The notes below the pieces were generated by a model, which was given only the letters and a program-made list of their open reading frames with translations, had not been told where the DNA came from and did no database searches. DNA of 64,000 bases from Vicinamibacterales bacterium (GTDB lineage: Bacteria > Acidobacteriota > Vicinamibacteria > Vicinamibacterales > JAKQTR01): assembly GCA_025456345.1 (NCBI GenBank), contig JALOKU010000026.1, positions 3,075-67,074 on the forward strand, written 5' to 3'. A program made the translations under genes and the position numbers. Positions 8,477-18,156 of the stretch are shown here, in pieces (positions within the stretch are counted from its first letter, which is position 1; every line of letters begins with the position of its first letter).

Positions 8477-10483
8477 ATGACCGGTGGCCACGGGAGCCCG
8501 GCGACGAGCACGTTGCCGGACAACGCCTACAAGAGCCTCGCCGCGGGCGAAACCTATCAGCCCATCGTGCCGGCGGCGTCGTCGATGCCCGAAACCACGT
8601 GGCGGTCGATCCTGTGGGGGCTGCTGCTCTGCGTCATCTTCACGGTGGCGTCGGCGTACTCGGGGCTGAAGGTAGGGCAGGTGATGGAGGCGGCCATTCC
8701 GATCTCCATCCTGGCGATTGGCCTGGCGCGCGTCTATGCGCGGCGGTCAACGCTGCTCGAGAACGTGATCATGACGAGCATCGGCGGCACGTCCGGCGCG
8801 GTCGTGGCCGGGGCCATCTTCACCCTGCCCGCGCTCTACAGCATGCAGCTCCACCCGCACCCGGTGCAGACCATTTTCATCTGCCTCGCGGGCGGCTGCC
8901 TCGGCGTCCTCTTCCTGATCCCGCTGCGCCGCTACTTCGTCCGCGAGAAGCACGGCGAGTTCCCCTACCCGGAAGCCACGGCGATCACCGAAGTGCTCGT
9001 GACGGGGGAGAAGGGCGGATCGCAGGCGAAGCTCCTGCTTCAGGCCACGGCCCTCGCCGGCGTCTACGACTTCTTCGTGACCACCTTCCAGGTGTGGAAG
9101 GAATACATCGATCTGCAGTTCATCCCGGTGGTCCGGACGCTGGCCGAGAAGGCCAAGGTCGCCACGAGCTTCGATGCGGTGGCGTTCATCCTGGGCCTCG
9201 GCTACGTGATGGGCCTCCGATCGTCGATGATCCTGGTCGCCGGCGGCGTGCTGTCGAACTTCGTGCTCGTGCCCCTCATCTGGATGGTCGGCCAGCACCT
9301 GCCCGGCATGGCGGTCGCGCCGGGTGCGGTGCCGATCGCCGAGATGACCGCCAACCAGATCTTCCGCGGGTACGTGCGCTTCATCGGCGTGGGTGCCATC
9401 GCGACGGCCGGCATCTTCGGCATCATCAAATCGCTTCGCATCGTCGCGGGCTCCTTCAGCATCGCCATCAAGGCGTTCCGCGCGGGCACGCGCGCCACCG
9501 AGGAGCGCACGGATCGCGACATCCCGGTGATGGCGATCCTCGTCGGCGTCATCGTGGCCGCGCTGGCCGTCGCGGTGTTCTTCGGCAGCCTGAAGCCGTC
9601 GATGACGGTGCTGCTGCTGGGCACCGCCCTCACGCTGGCCTTTGCGTTCTTCTTCGCGTCGGTGGCGGCGAACGCCATTGCCACGGTCGCGCGCAACCCG
9701 GTGTCCGGCATGACGATGCTGACGATCATCTTCTCGTCGATCGTCCTGCTTCGGTTCGGGCTCGAGGGCCAGACCGGGATGTTCTTCGTGATGGCCATCG
9801 CGGGCATGGTGTGCACCGCGCTCTCGGTGTCGGGGCAGACCATCACGGACCTGAAGACGGGCTATTGGCTGGGCTCGACACCGGCCGCCCAGCAGCGCGT
9901 GAAGTTCCTGGGCGTGGCGGCGGCGGCGGTGGCGGCCGGCCTGGCCATCGTCATGCTCGCCCAGACCTACCAGTTCGGCGAGGCGGCGTCGGGCGACCTG
10001 CGGCCGGTGCTGGCCGCGCCGCAGGCCTCGATCATGAAGGCGCTGGTCGAGGGGTTCATGAGCCGCGAGCCCGTCGCCTATCTGCTGTTCGGGTCGGGCG
10101 CGATGATTGCCGTGATGATGGAGATGCTGGGCGTGCCGGCGCTGGTATTCGCCCTCGGCATGTACCTGCCGCTCGAGCTCAACCTGCCGGCGCTTGTCGG
10201 CGGCGTGCTGGCCCATTACCTCGGCAAGCGGGCCGACGCGGCGGGCGAGTCCAGGGGCCGGATCATGCGCGAGCGGGGCGTGATCATCGCGTCGGGCTTC
10301 ATGGCCGGCGGCGCGCTCGGCGGCGTGCTCGGCGCATCGCTGCGGCTGTTCCCCTGGTTCGCCGAGGATCTGATCAAGACGCCGTTCTTCGACTACGACC
10401 CCGTGTCGCAGGTCGTGTCGGCCGTGATGTTCACCGGCGTGTGCGCGTACCTGTGGTGGGATGCGACCAGGAAGGTGGAGTAG
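8477..10483 (+). CDS. OPT family oligopeptide transporter
   Basis: 668 aa with about 16 TM. N-terminal YKSLAAGETYQPIVP...TWRSILWG...AYSGLKVGQ is typical of bacterial OPT proteins. RBS AGGAGGAGAGG. Confidence 0.85.
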   Translation: MTGGHGSPATSTLPDNAYKSLAAGETYQPIVPAASSMPETTWRSILWGLLLCVIFTVASAYSGLKVGQVMEAAIPISILAIGLARVYARRSTLLENVIMTSIGGTSGAVVAGAIFTLPALYSMQLHPHPVQTIFICLAGGCLGVLFLIPLRRYFVREKHGEFPYPEATAITEVLVTGEKGGSQAKLLLQATALAGVYDFFVTTFQVWKEYIDLQFIPVVRTLAEKAKVATSFDAVAFILGLGYVMGLRSSMILVAGGVLSNFVLVPLIWMVGQHLPGMAVAPGAVPIAEMTANQIFRGYVRFIGVGAIATAGIFGIIKSLRIVAGSFSIAIKAFRAGTRATEERTDRDIPVMAILVGVIVAALAVAVFFGSLKPSMTVLLLGTALTLAFAFFFASVAANAIATVARNPVSGMTMLTIIFSSIVLLRFGLEGQTGMFFVMAIAGMVCTALSVSGQTITDLKTGYWLGSTPAAQQRVKFLGVAAAAVAAGLAIVMLAQTYQFGEAASGDLRPVLAAPQASIMKALVEGFMSREPVAYLLFGSGAMIAVMMEMLGVPALVFALGMYLPLELNLPALVGGVLAHYLGKRADAAGESRGRIMRERGVIIASGFMAGGALGGVLGASLRLFPWFAEDLIKTPFFDYDPVSQVVSAVMFTGVCAYLWWDATRKVE

Positions 10484-10485
10484 TG

Positions 10486-12195
10486 GTGAGCGAGACGCCC
10501 GCCGACATCCGGCCCGCCGAGCCGCGGACCCATGTGCAGGCCACGCTCCCGGACGGGCGGGTGTTCGACGCCCCGCTCGGTACGGCGGTAGGCGGCGTGC
10601 TGGGCGCCGCGTTCGGCCAGCCGGCGCGGCCGTTCATGGCCGCGATTGTCGACGGCCGGCTTCGCGAGTTGACGTTCCCGCTCACCGGGGACGCCGCCGT
10701 CACGCCCCTTGACGCGGCCACGGCGGACGGCGTCCGCATCTACCGCCGATCGCTCGCGTTCCTGATGCTGGTCGCCTTCGACGAGGTGTTCCCGGGATGC
10801 GAGATCTTCATCGAGCACTCGGCGACGACGGCCGCCGGCTACTACTGTGAGGTGCGCGGCCGGGGCCACTTCACCAAGGAGGAGCTTCGGCTGGTCGAGC
10901 GCCGCATGCGCGCCATCGTGGCGGAGGACGCGCCCATCACCCGCGAGCGCGTCTCACGCGAGGAGGCGATTGCGGTCTACGAGTCGCGCGGGGAATTCGA
11001 CAAGGCGCGCCTGCTGGCCCACCGGGACAGGGATTCGCTGACGCTGTACCGGCTCCACGAGCGGCGCGATTACCTCCAGGGCTACATGGTGCCGTCGACC
11101 CGCTGCCTGACGCACTTCGCCCTGCACGCCCTGCCGACCGGCTTCATGCTGCAGTTCCCGCACCAGCGCCAGCCGTCGGAGATGGCGCCCCTGACGCCGT
11201 ACCCCAAGCTCTTCGCCGTGTTCGAACAGGCCAGCGACTGGCTGGACCGGCTCGGGATCCGAAGCGCGGGTGCCCTGAACGATGCCCTCACCGCGGATCG
11301 GATCCGCGAGGTGTCGCTGGTCGCTGAAGCGCTGCACGAGGCCGGCATTGCCCGGATCGCGAGCCGCATCGCCGAGACGCGCGGACGCATGCGTGTCGTG
11401 TTCATCGCGGGCCCGAGTTCATCCGGGAAGACCACCTTCTCGAAACGGCTGGCCGTGCAGTTGCTCGCCAACGGGATCCGGCCGATGCCGCTCGGCCTCG
11501 ACGACTACTTCGTGGACCGCGATCTGACGCCCCGCGACGAGAACGGAGAGTTCGACTACGAGACGATCCGCGCGCTCGACCTCGACCTGTTCGGCGAGCA
11601 CCTGCGATCGCTCATCGGCGGGAGGCCGACGTCGCTGCCCCACTACAATTTCCTGACCGGGCGGCGGGAGGCGGGGCAGACCGTCACGCTCGGAAGCGAT
11701 CACGTGATCATCGTCGAAGGCATCCACGGGCTCAACCCGCTGCTCGCGCAGCGGCTGCCTGCGGAGACCGTGTTCCGTGTCTACGTCTCGGCGCTCACCC
11801 AGCTGAACCTCGACCGGCACAACCGGGTGGCCACTTCCGACTGCCGCCTGATCCGGCGCGTCGTGCGGGATGCCGCCACCCGCGGGTACAACGCCGCGGC
11901 GACGCTGAAGCGCTGGGATTCCGTCGTGCGGGGCGAGAAGCACCACATCTTCTGCTTCCAGGAAAACGCCGACGCCGTCTTCAACTCGGCCCTCGTGCAT
12001 GAACTGGCCGTGCTGCGGCCGTTCGCCGAACCGCTCCTCCTGCAGGTGCGCCCGGACGCCCCGGAGTTCGTCGAGTCGAACCGGCTGCTGTCGTTTCTCA
12101 CGTGGTTCCGGCCCGCCCAGCCCGAGATCGTGCCCGACAACTCGATTCTCCGGGAGTTCATCGGCGGCTCGATCTTCGCGCGCCTGCGCCTCTGA
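10486..12195 (+). CDS. Uridine/nucleoside kinase family protein with N-terminal TGS + ThrRS-like domains
   Basis: GTG lies 2 nt after the OPT stop. P-loop GPSSSGKTTFSKRL, then DDYFVDRD and IVEGIHGLNP. The 1403-aa track ORF (7984-12195) is an artefactual upstream extension. Confidence 0.75.
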   Translation: MSETPADIRPAEPRTHVQATLPDGRVFDAPLGTAVGGVLGAAFGQPARPFMAAIVDGRLRELTFPLTGDAAVTPLDAATADGVRIYRRSLAFLMLVAFDEVFPGCEIFIEHSATTAAGYYCEVRGRGHFTKEELRLVERRMRAIVAEDAPITRERVSREEAIAVYESRGEFDKARLLAHRDRDSLTLYRLHERRDYLQGYMVPSTRCLTHFALHALPTGFMLQFPHQRQPSEMAPLTPYPKLFAVFEQASDWLDRLGIRSAGALNDALTADRIREVSLVAEALHEAGIARIASRIAETRGRMRVVFIAGPSSSGKTTFSKRLAVQLLANGIRPMPLGLDDYFVDRDLTPRDENGEFDYETIRALDLDLFGEHLRSLIGGRPTSLPHYNFLTGRREAGQTVTLGSDHVIIVEGIHGLNPLLAQRLPAETVFRVYVSALTQLNLDRHNRVATSDCRLIRRVVRDAATRGYNAAATLKRWDSVVRGEKHHIFCFQENADAVFNSALVHELAVLRPFAEPLLLQVRPDAPEFVESNRLLSFLTWFRPAQPEIVPDNSILREFIGGSIFARLRL

Positions 12196-12228
12196 CCCGG
12201 CTGCGCCTGGAGTGGTGTCTGATCCCGT

Positions 12229-12522
12229 TCAGGCGCGGTCGAGGTCGTCGCGGCCGGTGCGCACGTTCCACGCCAGCAGCTCGTACTGGCCGACGCCGGC
12301 CTTCCAGTAGGGGTCGCCGTCCCTGACCGCATCGAGCGTGGCCTCGACCGCACCGTCGGGGACCCGCAGGAGCAGGGCACCGCCGCAGCGGGGCTCGAAC
12401 GGGCCCGACGCGACCAGCACGCCGCGGGCCTTGAGTTCCTGGAGGTAGGCGCGATGCGCCTCGTGGTGGGCCAGCACTTCCTCGAGCGGTCTCCGGTAGC
12501 GGATGATGGCGAGCGCGTACAT
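12229..12522 (-). CDS. YciI family protein
   Basis: ATG at 12522 is preceded by GGGAGG. 97 aa with H..H..YL......G....SGP...............DP. Confidence 0.75.
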   Translation of the reverse strand: MYALAIIRYRRPLEEVLAHHEAHRAYLQELKARGVLVASGPFEPRCGGALLLRVPDGAVEATLDAVRDGDPYWKAGVGQYELLAWNVRTGRDDLDRA

Positions 12523-12613
12523 GGTGCCTCCCTTGCGGGGACCATTCTGCGGCAGGGACACACGCCGGGTCCAGCCGCGCGGCTGCTATAATCGCGGCCC
12601 GATGGGAGGATTG

Positions 12614-14224
12614 ATGGCCAGACAGGTGTTCCGCGGGCTGATGCTGACCGCCATGACGACGGCGCTCGCGGCGGCCGTTGCCGCGCAGGCGCCCGCCGGC
12701 TACGACCTCGTGATTCGGGGCGGGCACGTGCTCGACGGCGCCGGCAATCCCTGGGTGCTCGCCGACGTCGCCGTGCGGCAGGACGCGATCGTGGCGATCG
12801 GCCCGGGCCTCGCGGGCAAGGGCCGGCGCGAGATCGACGCCCGCGGACTCGTCGTGTCGCCCGGGTTCATCGACACCCACACGCACGCGCGGCGCGGCAT
12901 CTTCGACGTGCCGACCGCCGACAACTACGTCCGGCAGGGCGTGACGACGATCTTCGAAGGTCCCGATGGCGGGTCGCCCGTGCCGCTGAAGCCGTTCCTC
13001 GAGAAGATCGCGGCGCTCGGCGTGACCCCGAACTGGGGGATGTTCGTCGGCCAGGGATCGGTGCGGGAAGCCGTGATCGGACGCGTCGACCGGAAGGCGA
13101 CGCCTGACGAGATCGCGAGAATGCAGGCGCTGGTGCGCGAGGGCATGCTGGACGGCGCCTTCGGGCTCAGCACCGGCCTGTTCTACGTCCCGGGGATCTT
13201 CACGCCCACCGACGAGGTGATCGCCCTCGCCGCGGTGGCCGGCAGCATGGGCGGCATTCACGTGTCGCACATGCGGAACGAGGCCTCCGGCGTGCTCGAC
13301 AGCGTGAAGGAGACCATCGCGGTGGGGGAGCAGGGGCACATGCCCACGCAGATCACCCACCACAAGATCATCGGGACGCCCAACTGGGGCCGGAGTGCCG
13401 GCACGCTCGCGCTGGTCGCCGAGGCCCGGGACCGCGGCGTCGACGTGACGATCGATCAATACCCGTACACCGCCTCGAGCACCGGCATCAACGCGCTCCT
13501 GCCCCCGTGGGCCCTCGAAGGGGGCCAGACCGACGTCGTCGCCCGCCTGCGCGACGCCGCCCAGCGTGCCAGGGTCAAGAAGGCCATCGTCGAGTCGCTG
13601 ATGTTCGACCGGGGCGGCGGCGATCCGAAGAACGTCCAGATCGCGGCCTGCGGCTGGGACCCGTCGCTGGCCGGCAAGAACCTTGCCGACATCACCCGCG
13701 CGCGCGGAACCGAACCCACGCTGGATCATGCCGCCGAGACCGTGATGTGGATGGTGGAGCAGGGAGGGGCCTCGGGGATCTTCCACGCGATCGACGAGGC
13801 GGACCTCGAGCGCATCCTCAGGGACCCGCTCACGATGATCGCGTCCGACGGCGAAGTGCCCGTGTTCGGCAAGGCGTCTCCGCACCCGCGCAGTTACGGC
13901 ACCTTCGTGCGGGTGCTCGGCCGGTACGTGCGGGAGCGGCACGTCATCCCGCTCGCCGAGGCCGTCCGCAAGATGACGTCGTTTCCCGCGCAGCGCGTGG
14001 GACTGCTCGACCGTGGCGTCCTGCGCCCGGGCATGAAAGCCGACATCGCCATCTGGGACGCGGCAACGATTGCCGACCAGGCGACCTTTGAGCAGCCGCA
14101 TCAATACGCCGTCGGCGTACACTCGGTGATCGTCAACGGTCAGGTCGTGTACGAACACGGCGCCATGACGGCGGCCCGGCCCGGCCGGGTGCTCTACGGC
14201 CCGGCGTACCGGCCGTCCCGCTGA
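12614..14224 (+). CDS. N-acyl-D-amino-acid deacylase (D-aminoacylase) family amidohydrolase, secreted
   Basis: Signal peptide MARQVFRGLMLTAMTTALAAAVAAQA. Metal-binding GFIDTHTH. The rest is typical D-aminoacylase layout. Confidence 0.8.
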   Translation: MARQVFRGLMLTAMTTALAAAVAAQAPAGYDLVIRGGHVLDGAGNPWVLADVAVRQDAIVAIGPGLAGKGRREIDARGLVVSPGFIDTHTHARRGIFDVPTADNYVRQGVTTIFEGPDGGSPVPLKPFLEKIAALGVTPNWGMFVGQGSVREAVIGRVDRKATPDEIARMQALVREGMLDGAFGLSTGLFYVPGIFTPTDEVIALAAVAGSMGGIHVSHMRNEASGVLDSVKETIAVGEQGHMPTQITHHKIIGTPNWGRSAGTLALVAEARDRGVDVTIDQYPYTASSTGINALLPPWALEGGQTDVVARLRDAAQRARVKKAIVESLMFDRGGGDPKNVQIAACGWDPSLAGKNLADITRARGTEPTLDHAAETVMWMVEQGGASGIFHAIDEADLERILRDPLTMIASDGEVPVFGKASPHPRSYGTFVRVLGRYVRERHVIPLAEAVRKMTSFPAQRVGLLDRGVLRPGMKADIAIWDAATIADQATFEQPHQYAVGVHSVIVNGQVVYEHGAMTAARPGRVLYGPAYRPSR

Positions 14225-14228
14225 CCGC

Positions 14229-15935
14229 ATGTCCAAGGGGAACGCTCTCATGAAACGGGTTGGCGCCTGGGTTGTCCTGATCGTGGCCGCGGCGGCCGCG
14301 ACGGTGTTCTCCTCGTCAGAGCCGTTGCGCGCGACACACGGCATGGTCGTCTCCCAGGAGGCCATCGCGTCGAAGGTCGGCGTCGATGTGCTCAAGGCCG
14401 GCGGCACGGCCATCGACGCGGCCGTCGCGACCGCCTTCGCGCTGGCCGTCGTGTACCCGACCGCCGGCAACATCGGCGGAGGAGGGTTCATCGTCTTTCG
14501 CCCGGCCACCGGCGATCCCGTGGCGTACGACTTCCGCGAGAAGGCGCCGGCGGCGGCCACGCCGACGATGTTCCTGAGAGACGGGAAGTACGACGCCGTC
14601 AGGCACCACGGCAGCCATCTCGCGGTGGGCGTGCCGGGGACCGTCGCCGGGCTCCACCTCGCGTGGAAAGCGCACGGGAAGCTGCCGTGGACGCGCCTGG
14701 TCGAGCCCGCCATCGCGCTCGCTCGGGGAGGGTTCCCGCTCACCGAGTCGTTCGCGTCGTCGCTCGCCCGCGTCCTGCCGTCCATGAAAGCCTACCCGGC
14801 GTCGGTGGCGCAGTACTCGAAGAACGGCGTGCCCTACGAGCCCGGCGAGGTGCTCGCGCAGCCCGATCTGGCGAGGACGCTGGGCCGCATCGCCGCGCAG
14901 GGCCCCGCGGGATTCTACGAGGGAGAGACGGCGCGGCTCATCGAGCAGGAGATGCTCGGAAACGGCGGCCTCATCACACGGGCCGACCTGAAGGCCTATG
15001 TGCCAGAGCGAAGGACACCGCTGCGCGGCACGTACCGCGATCACGAGATCATCTCGATGCCGCCCGTCAGTTCCGGCGGGACCGCGCTCATCCAGATGCT
15101 CAACGTGCTCGAGGGATTCGATCTTGCCGCGAACGGATGGGGCTCGGCCGAGAATACGCACCTGACGGTCGAAGCCATGCGGCGGGCCTACGCCGACCGC
15201 GCGCGCCATCTCGGGGATCCCGCCTTCAATCCGTCGATGCCGATCGCGAGGCTGATCTCCAAGGAGTACGCTGCCTCGCTGCGCGCGACCATCCGGCCCG
15301 ATCGCGCCTCGGTGTCGTCGCCGACGTCGTTCGAATGGCCTCCGGAGTCCGACCAGACGACGCACCTCTCGGTGGTCGACGCCGGCCGCAACGCCGTGGC
15401 CATGACGTTCACGCTCGAAGCCGGCTACGGATCCAAGATCGTCGTGCCCGGCGCGGGCTTCCTTCTGAACAACGAGATGGGCGACTTCAACGCGGGACCG
15501 GGGTTGACCGACGCCACCGGGCTCATCGGCACCGAGCCGAACCTGGCGGCGCCCGGGAAGCGCATGTTGTCGAGCATGACGCCGACGATCGTCGCGCGGA
15601 ACGGGGAACTGCTGATGGTGACCGGCGCCGAGGGCGGCCGCACGATTATCTCGACCGTCCTCCACACGATCCTGAATGTCGTCGATCACGGCATGAACGC
15701 GCAGGAGGCCGTCGACGCGGCCAGGTTCTATCACCAGTGGCTGCCCGACACCGTGAACCACGAACGCCACGGGCTGTCGCCCGACACGCTGGCGATCCTC
15801 AAGGCGCGCGGCCACGCGCTCAAAGCGATCGAGCGGCAGGGCAGCGCCGAGGTCATCGTCGTCGAAGCCCGCAGCGGCAAGCTGGCCGGGGGCGACGATC
15901 GCCGCAGCGCGGGCGGCGGCGCGGCGGGATACTAG
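14229..15935 (+). CDS. ggt: Gamma-glutamyltransferase
   Basis: Signal peptide. Autoprocessing/nucleophile site SDQTTHLSVVD. GGGGF and PGSGGG-type motifs. Confidence 0.9.
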   Translation: MSKGNALMKRVGAWVVLIVAAAAATVFSSSEPLRATHGMVVSQEAIASKVGVDVLKAGGTAIDAAVATAFALAVVYPTAGNIGGGGFIVFRPATGDPVAYDFREKAPAAATPTMFLRDGKYDAVRHHGSHLAVGVPGTVAGLHLAWKAHGKLPWTRLVEPAIALARGGFPLTESFASSLARVLPSMKAYPASVAQYSKNGVPYEPGEVLAQPDLARTLGRIAAQGPAGFYEGETARLIEQEMLGNGGLITRADLKAYVPERRTPLRGTYRDHEIISMPPVSSGGTALIQMLNVLEGFDLAANGWGSAENTHLTVEAMRRAYADRARHLGDPAFNPSMPIARLISKEYAASLRATIRPDRASVSSPTSFEWPPESDQTTHLSVVDAGRNAVAMTFTLEAGYGSKIVVPGAGFLLNNEMGDFNAGPGLTDATGLIGTEPNLAAPGKRMLSSMTPTIVARNGELLMVTGAEGGRTIISTVLHTILNVVDHGMNAQEAVDAARFYHQWLPDTVNHERHGLSPDTLAILKARGHALKAIERQGSAEVIVVEARSGKLAGGDDRRSAGGGAAGY

Positions 15936-15949
15936 GGGATGGAGGAAGG

Positions 15950-16855
15950 ATGACGTTCGACGTCGCCGGCGTCGGGGCGAGTTGCGTCGACCAGGTCTGC
16001 CGGCTGCCGGTGTTTCCCGAAGCCGGAGGCCCGCTGGCCAAGGTCCGCGTGCAGGAGCAGATGCGCACGTGCGGGGGGCAGGTCGCCACGGCGCTGGCCA
16101 CCTGCGCGAGCCTTGGCCTGCGCGCCACCTATCTGGGCGCCATCGGCGACGACGAGGACGGCCGGAGGATTCGCGGCGAGCTGGCGGCGCGCGGCATCAG
16201 CCTCGAGCACGTCGAGACGAGCGCGGCGCCCACCGCGACGGCGACCATACTCCTCGATTCGACCGGCGACCGCATCGTCCTGTGGCATCGCGACCCCGCG
16301 CTGCGGTATCCGCCAGACCGGCTGCCCGCCGCGGTGATCGCCGCCTCCCGCGTCCTCCACGTCGACGACGTGGACGTGCCTGCCGCGATCGAGGCGGCCC
16401 GGGTTGCGCGTGCCCACGGCGTCCCGGTGACCTGCGACATCGATCACGTCACGCCGGGTACACGGGAGCTCTTGCAGCTGGTGAGCCACCCGGTCTTCGC
16501 CGAGAGCGTGCCCACGCAGCTGACCGGGGAGGCCGGCCTGGAGCATGCGCTGCGTGCGATCCGCCGGGTGCATCCCGGACGGCTGGTCGTGACGGTGGGT
16601 GAGAAGGGCGCCATCGCGCTCGAAGGCGATAGCCTGCTGGCGGCGCCGGGGTTTCCGGTCACGGTGGTGGATTCAACCGGCGCCGGCGACGTGTTCCGGG
16701 GCGGGTACATCTACGGCATCGTCAAGGGATGGTCGCTCGAGCGCCAGCTCTGGTTCGCGAACGCGGCCGCCGCCCTCAGCTGTACGAAAGCGGGTGCGAT
16801 GGCCGGTGTGCCGACCCTCGACGAGGTCGACGACCTCCTGGCCCGCAGGTCGTAG
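15950..16855 (+). CDS. PfkB family carbohydrate kinase
   Basis: ATG at 15950 follows GGAGGAAGG. GG motif TCGGQVAT and anion-hole motif DSTGAGDVFRGG. Confidence 0.85.
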   Translation: MTFDVAGVGASCVDQVCRLPVFPEAGGPLAKVRVQEQMRTCGGQVATALATCASLGLRATYLGAIGDDEDGRRIRGELAARGISLEHVETSAAPTATATILLDSTGDRIVLWHRDPALRYPPDRLPAAVIAASRVLHVDDVDVPAAIEAARVARAHGVPVTCDIDHVTPGTRELLQLVSHPVFAESVPTQLTGEAGLEHALRAIRRVHPGRLVVTVGEKGAIALEGDSLLAAPGFPVTVVDSTGAGDVFRGGYIYGIVKGWSLERQLWFANAAAALSCTKAGAMAGVPTLDEVDDLLARRS

Positions 16856-17046
16856 CCGCGGTGCGCCGCGGGTTGCGTGCGCCACCCCAAGATTCGAAGG
16901 TAGAATAGCGGCTCCCGGGCATCGCAACCCCGCCCGGGGCGCCCTCGGCGACGTTCCCCGGCTCCAGCGCCCAGTGCCACCGGTCCGGTCGGTCCGGGCC
17001 GTTGCCTCAAGCGTGCGCGAACGCGGCCATGACATCAGGAGGTCCC

Positions 17047-18156
17047 ATGAACATCGGAGTCCCACGCGAGCGGCGGACCGACGAGCATCGGGTCGGGCTG
17101 ACGCCCGCGGCCGTCGAGCTGTTCGTGTCTGCCGGTCATCCGTGCGTGGTGGAGCGCGACGCCGGGCGCGACGCGGGGTTTGCCGACGTGCAGTACGAGC
17201 GAGCGGGCGCCCGGATTGTGTACTCCGGCGAAGAGGTGTACGGGCGGGCCGGGCTGGTCGCCAAAGTGTCCAAGCCCACCGCGGAAGAAGCCGAATGGCT
17301 GCAGGAAGGGTCGGTCCTGATGGGCTTTCTGCACCTGGCCGCCGGGCGCCGCGACCGCATCCAGGCGATGCTGGACAAGAAGGTGACGGCGATCGCATAC
17401 GAGACCATCCAGCAGGAAGACGGGTCGCTGCCGGTCCTGTCCGCGCTCAGCCACATGGCGGGCCTCATGGTGCCCCAGGTGGCGGGCACCCTGCTGCAAA
17501 GCGACCATGGCGGGAAGGGGATGCTGCTGTCGGGCGTGCCCGGGGTGCCGCCCGCGGAAGTGGTGCTCCTGGGCGCGGGCACCTTCGGCATGGCGGCGGC
17601 CCGGGCGTTCCTCGGCCTCGGGGCCAGCGTCTACGTGCTCGACCTGGATCTGGGCCGGCTCCAGAAGATCGAGGCCCACCTGGGCATCGGCCGCCACATC
17701 GTGATGATGGTGGCGCACCCGACGAACATCCGGAAAGCCGTGGCTTTCGCCGACGTCCTGGTCGGCGCGATCCACGTGCCCGGGGCGCGGAGCCCGATCG
17801 TGGTCACGCGCGAGATGGTGCGGTCGATGAAGCCGCGCTCGGTGGTGATGGACATCTCGATTGACCAGGGCGGCTGCGTCGAAACGAGCCGGCCCACCAC
17901 GCATCATTCGCCGACCTTCGTGGCGGAGAACGTCCTGCACTACTGCGTGCCGAACATGACGTCGGTCGTGGCCAGGTCCGCGACCCACGCCCTGACCAAC
18001 GCGGCGTGGCCGTACATCTCGGCCGTGGCCACCCACGGGTTCGACGCCGCGGCCGCCAGCGTGCACGCCCTCCAGCGGGGCGTGGCGACGCACCAGGGAC
18101 GCGTGATCAACCCGATGCTGGCCGCCCACCTGGGCCTTCCGGAGGTGACGTCGTGA
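17047..18156 (+). CDS. ald: Alanine dehydrogenase (AlaDH/PNT family)
   Basis: MNIGVPRERRTDEHRVGLTP. NAD fold VVLLGAGTFGMAAA. RBS AGGAGG. Confidence 0.8.
   Translation: MNIGVPRERRTDEHRVGLTPAAVELFVSAGHPCVVERDAGRDAGFADVQYERAGARIVYSGEEVYGRAGLVAKVSKPTAEEAEWLQEGSVLMGFLHLAAGRRDRIQAMLDKKVTAIAYETIQQEDGSLPVLSALSHMAGLMVPQVAGTLLQSDHGGKGMLLSGVPGVPPAEVVLLGAGTFGMAAARAFLGLGASVYVLDLDLGRLQKIEAHLGIGRHIVMMVAHPTNIRKAVAFADVLVGAIHVPGARSPIVVTREMVRSMKPRSVVMDISIDQGGCVETSRPTTHHSPTFVAENVLHYCVPNMTSVVARSATHALTNAAWPYISAVATHGFDAAAASVHALQRGVATHQGRVINPMLAAHLGLPEVTS

Noticed and set aside
8747-10216. 489-aa minus-strand ORF
   Set aside because: It is antisense to the OPT transporter. Extremely Arg/His/Glu/Asp-rich and not protein-like.
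7984-12195. 1403-aa plus-strand ORF spanning the membrane protein, OPT and kinase genes
   Set aside because: Only the part from the GTG at 10486 has real kinase/TGS sequence. The upstream about 830 aa are Arg/Gly/Pro/His-rich out-of-frame read-through of genuine genes (7796-8431, 8477-10483), which is typical of high-GC sequence.
12158-14785. 875-aa minus-strand ORF
   Set aside because: It is antisense to the D-aminoacylase and GGT genes, which carry unambiguous catalytic motifs (DTHTH, TTHLSVVD). Its composition is Arg/Ala/Gly/Pro/His dominated.
16856-17046. Promoter and terminator upstream of ald (CCGCGG-N4-CCGCGG hairpin at about 16857-16874, TAGAAT at 16901-16906)
   Set aside because: The hairpin is short, and the TAGAAT has no acceptable -35 at 16-18 bp. 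It is noted only as a shared GGTAGAAT octamer with 23932-23939 and not listed as a feature.
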